A stretch of 33,580 nt of DNA from Candidatus Woesearchaeota archaeon (GTDB taxonomy: Archaea > Nanobdellota > Nanobdellia > Pacearchaeales > GW2011-AR1): positions 1 to 33,580 of the forward strand of contig CAZGCP010000001.1 of assembly GCA_964524525.1 (NCBI GenBank), in the 5' to 3' direction. The notes under the pieces are model-generated. The model was not told where the DNA came from. It was given only the letters and a program-made list of their open reading frames with translations, and ran no database searches. Position numbers and translations under genes: made by a program. This document shows positions 33,341 through 33,580 of this stretch, piece by piece (within the stretch, counting starts at the first letter, position 1; each line of letters starts with the position of its first letter).

Positions 33341-33580
33341 ATGGGAAAAAGAATAATTCAACAAAGACGTGGAAGAGGAACTTCAACTTATAGAGTAAGA
33401 AAAAAATCATATAAATATCAAATTAGATTCCTTCCTACAATTGAAGGAAAAGGCGAAGTCATCAAATTATTTAATTCCCAAGCCCACTCTGCCCCTCTTG
33501 CTCAAATAAAAGTAGGAAATAAAATGTTTATTATTCCCGCCTATAATCAAATGTGTGAGGGAGAAAAAATTGAATTTAAC
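33341..33580 (+). CDS. rpl2: Ribosomal protein uL2, N-terminal part (runs off the window)
   Basis: MGKRIIQQRRGRGTSTYRVRKKSYKY...GEVIKLFNSQAHSAPLAQIKV... Expected position after rpl23. Confidence 0.85.
   Translation, partial: MGKRIIQQRRGRGTSTYRVRKKSYKYQIRFLPTIEGKGEVIKLFNSQAHSAPLAQIKVGNKMFIIPAYNQMCEGEKIEFN

Overview
This window is a strongly AT-rich archaeal chromosome segment. The informational genes are archaeal-type: uL3-uL4-uL23-uL2, uL1-P0-P1, uL11, eL43, eL40, RpoP, Spt5, SecE, aIF5A, prefoldin beta, and FtsZ with SepF. The compact gene set and base composition suggest a DPANN-like lineage (Pacearchaeota/Woesearchaeota-like), but that placement is inference only. About 40 coding genes are tightly packed, and two tRNAs (Pro-UGG, Ser-UGA) stand out as GC-rich islands. 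Most of the window is housekeeping. The accessory part is 263-9630, all on the minus strand. It holds a 1240-aa repeat-rich secreted protein with a dockerin-like module and a C-terminal domain that reads like a bacterial T9SS sorting domain. It also holds two paralogous ~680-aa secreted proteins that share a C-terminal motif, a TM helix and a Lys-rich tail. These are followed in one tight operon by a small ORF, a compact exosortase/archaeosortase-like membrane protein and a DedA protein. I read this as a candidate dedicated protein-sorting and surface-anchoring system. The second notable observation is at the RNA level: both tRNA genes are followed, 121-180 nt downstream, by a direct repeat of their last 18-19 nt (from the T-loop to the discriminator base) plus their 3' trailer. 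At tRNA-Pro this sits inside a degenerating array of ~48-nt hairpin units. Other oddities are an 8-strand beta-barrel-like secreted protein, an N-terminally truncated Dph2, and a long charged tail on uL11. All product calls come from reading motifs in the supplied translations. No database search was run.
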